Shown here one piece after another: positions 34,114 to 36,624 of a DNA stretch of 36,624 nt (position 1 is the stretch's first letter; each line of letters opens with the position of its first letter). This DNA is from a virus (taxonomy: Duplodnaviria > Caudoviricetes), in the IMG/VR virus record IMGVR_UViG_3300043932_000294, positions 1-36,624 of that record. One strand, written 5' to 3'. The position numbers were made by a program, and so were the translations under genes. The notes beneath the pieces are model-generated. The model did not search any database. It worked only from the letters and a program-made list of their open reading frames with translations, and was not told the DNA's origin.

Positions 34114-35082
34114 ATGAAATGCCCCAAATGTAATGCTGACTTAGGAGATCAAGATTTTGCTTTTTGTCCTAAGTGTGGGGAGAAGCTCCCCAGCAAGAGT
34201 GAGCAAGAGAATCAATCCGAGCAAGAGCCTGATACTATTAGTCAGACAGATTCTAAAACTTTTGGAAAGTACCAAGATCCATCAGATAAGGTTGCTAAGC
34301 CTAAAAAGAAATACATATGGATAGTTGTATTGGTTCTTGTTATTCTCTTTTTATTTATTTTAATTAGAGCCTGTTCGGGTGGCGGAAAGTCAAATAATAA
34401 CTCTGGCGCTTCATCAGCGTATTCAAAGGATATTAATACGTCTTCTGCCGAAAAAATAGACTTGCAAAGTCTCTCAACTTCACAGCAATGTTTTTATTTT
34501 ACTCCTAAAAATTCCTATTCAAAGGAAGATAAAATTTACGGAAGTTATGCTTTTGAAGTGACAAATACCTTTGATGTTCCAATTATGATTTCTAGTTATA
34601 CAGTGGATTTTGTTGATGCTTCCGGAACAATTTTAGGCCATGATAACAATGTTAATTTGATTCCACGTATTTTACAACCAGGAGAAAAAGGGTATTGTGG
34701 TGGGGAGACCAGTGCAGTTACCTCAGATCCTGCAAATATTTCTAAAATGAAAGTATCGCTAAGTGTTGAAAGGACCAATAAGAAAGTTCAAATGTTTGAC
34801 TTTGAAAATGTTAATATGCTGTATTCAAAACACGATATCAAGGCAACAGGAACTGTAATAAATAATACATCTTTAGATGCAAAGGATGGGGCATCAATTG
34901 TTGTAGTATGTTTTGATAAAGATAATCATTTGATTGGAGCACAATTTGCTAGAGTCAACAGCAAAATTGAAAAAGGAAAAAGCGCAACATTTGAAGTGGG
35001 TTTTTTGAGTTCTAATTTGACACAAGATAAAGTGGCAAAAGTTATGGCCGTCGGATACGATTTTGATCAAACATTAAGATAA
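34114..35082 (+). CDS. Membrane-anchored protein: zinc ribbon + TM + two extracellular FxLYD-like beta domains (candidate Sie)
   Basis: CPKC..FCPKCG, TM YIWIVVLVLVILFLFILI, FVDASGTILG..ILQPGEKG and FDKDNHLIG..IEKGKSATF. Confidence 0.8.
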   Translation: MKCPKCNADLGDQDFAFCPKCGEKLPSKSEQENQSEQEPDTISQTDSKTFGKYQDPSDKVAKPKKKYIWIVVLVLVILFLFILIRACSGGGKSNNNSGASSAYSKDINTSSAEKIDLQSLSTSQQCFYFTPKNSYSKEDKIYGSYAFEVTNTFDVPIMISSYTVDFVDASGTILGHDNNVNLIPRILQPGEKGYCGGETSAVTSDPANISKMKVSLSVERTNKKVQMFDFENVNMLYSKHDIKATGTVINNTSLDAKDGASIVVVCFDKDNHLIGAQFARVNSKIEKGKSATFEVGFLSSNLTQDKVAKVMAVGYDFDQTLR

Positions 35083-35100
35083 TGATATTTACAATATCAT

Positions 35101-35139
35101 AAAAAAACCGCCTGCCGGTACTGCAATACCAACAGGCGG
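35101..35139. terminator. Hairpin upstream of the integrase (terminator-like on the minus strand)
   Basis: A7-CCGCCTG..GGTA.TGCAATACC..CAGGCGG. Confidence 0.6.
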
Positions 35140-35220
35140 AGATCAACGGCCGGAGCCGATGGAAATGAATGGAATCCTATTGTACCAGTCATTCATCTAA
35201 AAGTAAAGAGAGGTGATACT

Positions 35221-36624
35221 TTGCAGCAATCGTCGTTTTCCCGTGTAGGGTGCTATGTCCGTGTGTCGACGGAAAACCAATTAGAAAATTACTCCATACC
35301 AGAGCAAAAAGAGCGCTTAGAAGCTTACTGTAAAGCCAAAGGGTGGAGCATCTATAAAATATATCCGGATGCCGGATTTTCCGGCGGAAATACTGATCGC
35401 CCGGCGCTACAGCAAATGCTAAAAGATATACGCTTACACCGGATTGATATGGTAGCAGTTTATAAACTTGACCGTCTGTCCCGTTCTCAGAAAGATACAC
35501 TGACTTTGATAGAGGATGAGTTTATCGCAAACGGCGTGGAATTTGTCAGCATGTCAGAAAATTTTGACACGTCAACTGCGTTTGGGCGCGCCATGATTGG
35601 AATACTGTCTGTTTTCGCACAGTTGGAAAAAGACCAGATTACGGAGCGCTTTACAATGGGGCGCATCGGTCGCAGCAAAGCCGGATATTTTCATGGTGGA
35701 GGGAATGCTCCACGGGGGTATGACTATATTGACGGAAAATTAGTTGTAAATGAATTTATGGCAAAGCAAGTACAAGAGGTTTATCAGCAATTTTTGGCCG
35801 GCGAGTCTATCAATTCGATTTATAAGGATATGCACGAAAAATATGGTGGTTGGAATTCGTCACGCGCTGTGCTTAATACTTTAAAAAACAGTGTGTACAT
35901 TGGAAAAGTAAAGTTTAAGGGGAAGTCTTATGATGGAGTACAGGATCACATCATATCAGATGCAGACTATAACCAAGTACAAAAACTGCTCCGCTCATCA
36001 GCACGAGAAGAATCCAAAACCAGCGCCCAGAAAACACCTTTTCGGGCTGGGTATCTTTTATCCAGCCTTGTCTATTGTGCCCGCTGCGGGGCGAGATACA
36101 GCGCTAATCACGGGTATTATAAATGCTATTCACGCTCTAAGAGCAGTCAGAAATTTATAACCGATCCAAATTGTAAAAATACCAATTACGAAATTGAGGA
36201 ATTAGATGCCGCGGTAATTGCACAAATAAATCGTTTGCAGTATGATAAGGATTATTTCAATGAAGTGGTTGGAAAGCCTAGGAGTACGAAAGATGATACT
36301 AAAGCATTGTCAGATAGACTTGCGGAACTGGATCGGCAGATATCCAGAATGCTTGATCTGTACCAGGTAGGAACAATTCCGATCGAGCAAATATCTTCAA
36401 GACTGCAGGAGCTGCAGAGCAAGCGGGATACCGTAAAGGAGAAACTTATCTCTGTACAGCAAGGGACAGGAAATGGACAAAAAGAAGAATTTATAAAGGC
36501 TTTAAAATCTGCAAATGATATTCTGAATTCCGATTCTCTAGAGAAAAAAAGATTACTATTATCTACCATGATAGAGTCTATCTGGATTGACGGAGAGTCC
36601 GTAGAAATTAGTTGGAGAATCTAA
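35221..36624 (+). CDS. int: Large serine recombinase (phage integrase)
   Basis: YVRVST catalytic Ser, DAGFSGG..RP, DRLSRS, recombinase domain, CARCG..YYKC..C zinc ribbon, coiled coil; TTG start with RBS GAGGTG. Confidence 0.96.
   Translation: MQQSSFSRVGCYVRVSTENQLENYSIPEQKERLEAYCKAKGWSIYKIYPDAGFSGGNTDRPALQQMLKDIRLHRIDMVAVYKLDRLSRSQKDTLTLIEDEFIANGVEFVSMSENFDTSTAFGRAMIGILSVFAQLEKDQITERFTMGRIGRSKAGYFHGGGNAPRGYDYIDGKLVVNEFMAKQVQEVYQQFLAGESINSIYKDMHEKYGGWNSSRAVLNTLKNSVYIGKVKFKGKSYDGVQDHIISDADYNQVQKLLRSSAREESKTSAQKTPFRAGYLLSSLVYCARCGARYSANHGYYKCYSRSKSSQKFITDPNCKNTNYEIEELDAAVIAQINRLQYDKDYFNEVVGKPRSTKDDTKALSDRLAELDRQISRMLDLYQVGTIPIEQISSRLQELQSKRDTVKEKLISVQQGTGNGQKEEFIKALKSANDILNSDSLEKKRLLLSTMIESIWIDGESVEISWRI

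Larger units (their letters stand above)
3073..36624. mobile_element. Temperate siphovirus-like prophage (lysis to integrase); the 1-2912 block may be cargo of the same element
   Basis: Complete ordered modules: integrase, repressor, replication, packaging, head, long TMP tail without sheath, lysis. att sites not located. Confidence 0.95.

Noticed and set aside
33879-34127. 82-aa minus-strand ORF
   Set aside because: Spans promoter DNA and overlaps the start of the 34114 gene; the 36-aa ORF downstream is better supported.
1-36624. tRNA, rRNA, IS elements or introns
   Set aside because: None recognised by eye; intergenic gaps are short and terL, capsid and TMP are uninterrupted. tRNAscan/Infernal were not run.

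Overview
The window holds an apparently near-complete temperate siphovirus-type prophage of a Firmicute. A Clostridia-like host is inferred from gene families, GGAGG RBSs, sigmaA promoters and DinR-type SOS boxes. From right to left: large serine integrase; membrane moron; lysogeny switch (Xre repressor without an autocleavage domain, flanked by two unannotated small ORFs); early/replication genes (AbrB, RecT, DUF3799 exonuclease, DUF4373 initiator with internal repeats, DUF1064 nuclease, J-domain protein); ArpU/RinA-like late activator with six 10-bp repeats; orphan DNA MTase; terminase, portal, MuF, scaffold, capsid; tail (chaperone with a +1 frameshift site, TMP, Dit, Gp37-like, fibres); endolysin and holins. 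AT-rich accessory blocks are an RloA-like ATPase locus at the left end, a lipoprotein moron, a MuF C-terminal HEXXH domain with a candidate immunity gene, a SLATT + antisense small gene + ThsB-like TIR cassette, and a DUF4145 gene. The two most interesting candidates are (1) the TIR/SLATT cassette whose embedded small gene points in the phage late direction, and (2) a switch using two micro-proteins that resemble the repressor C-terminal helices, one behind a promoter with two SOS boxes. All family assignments are by motif recognition only; no database search was run, and att sites were not identified.
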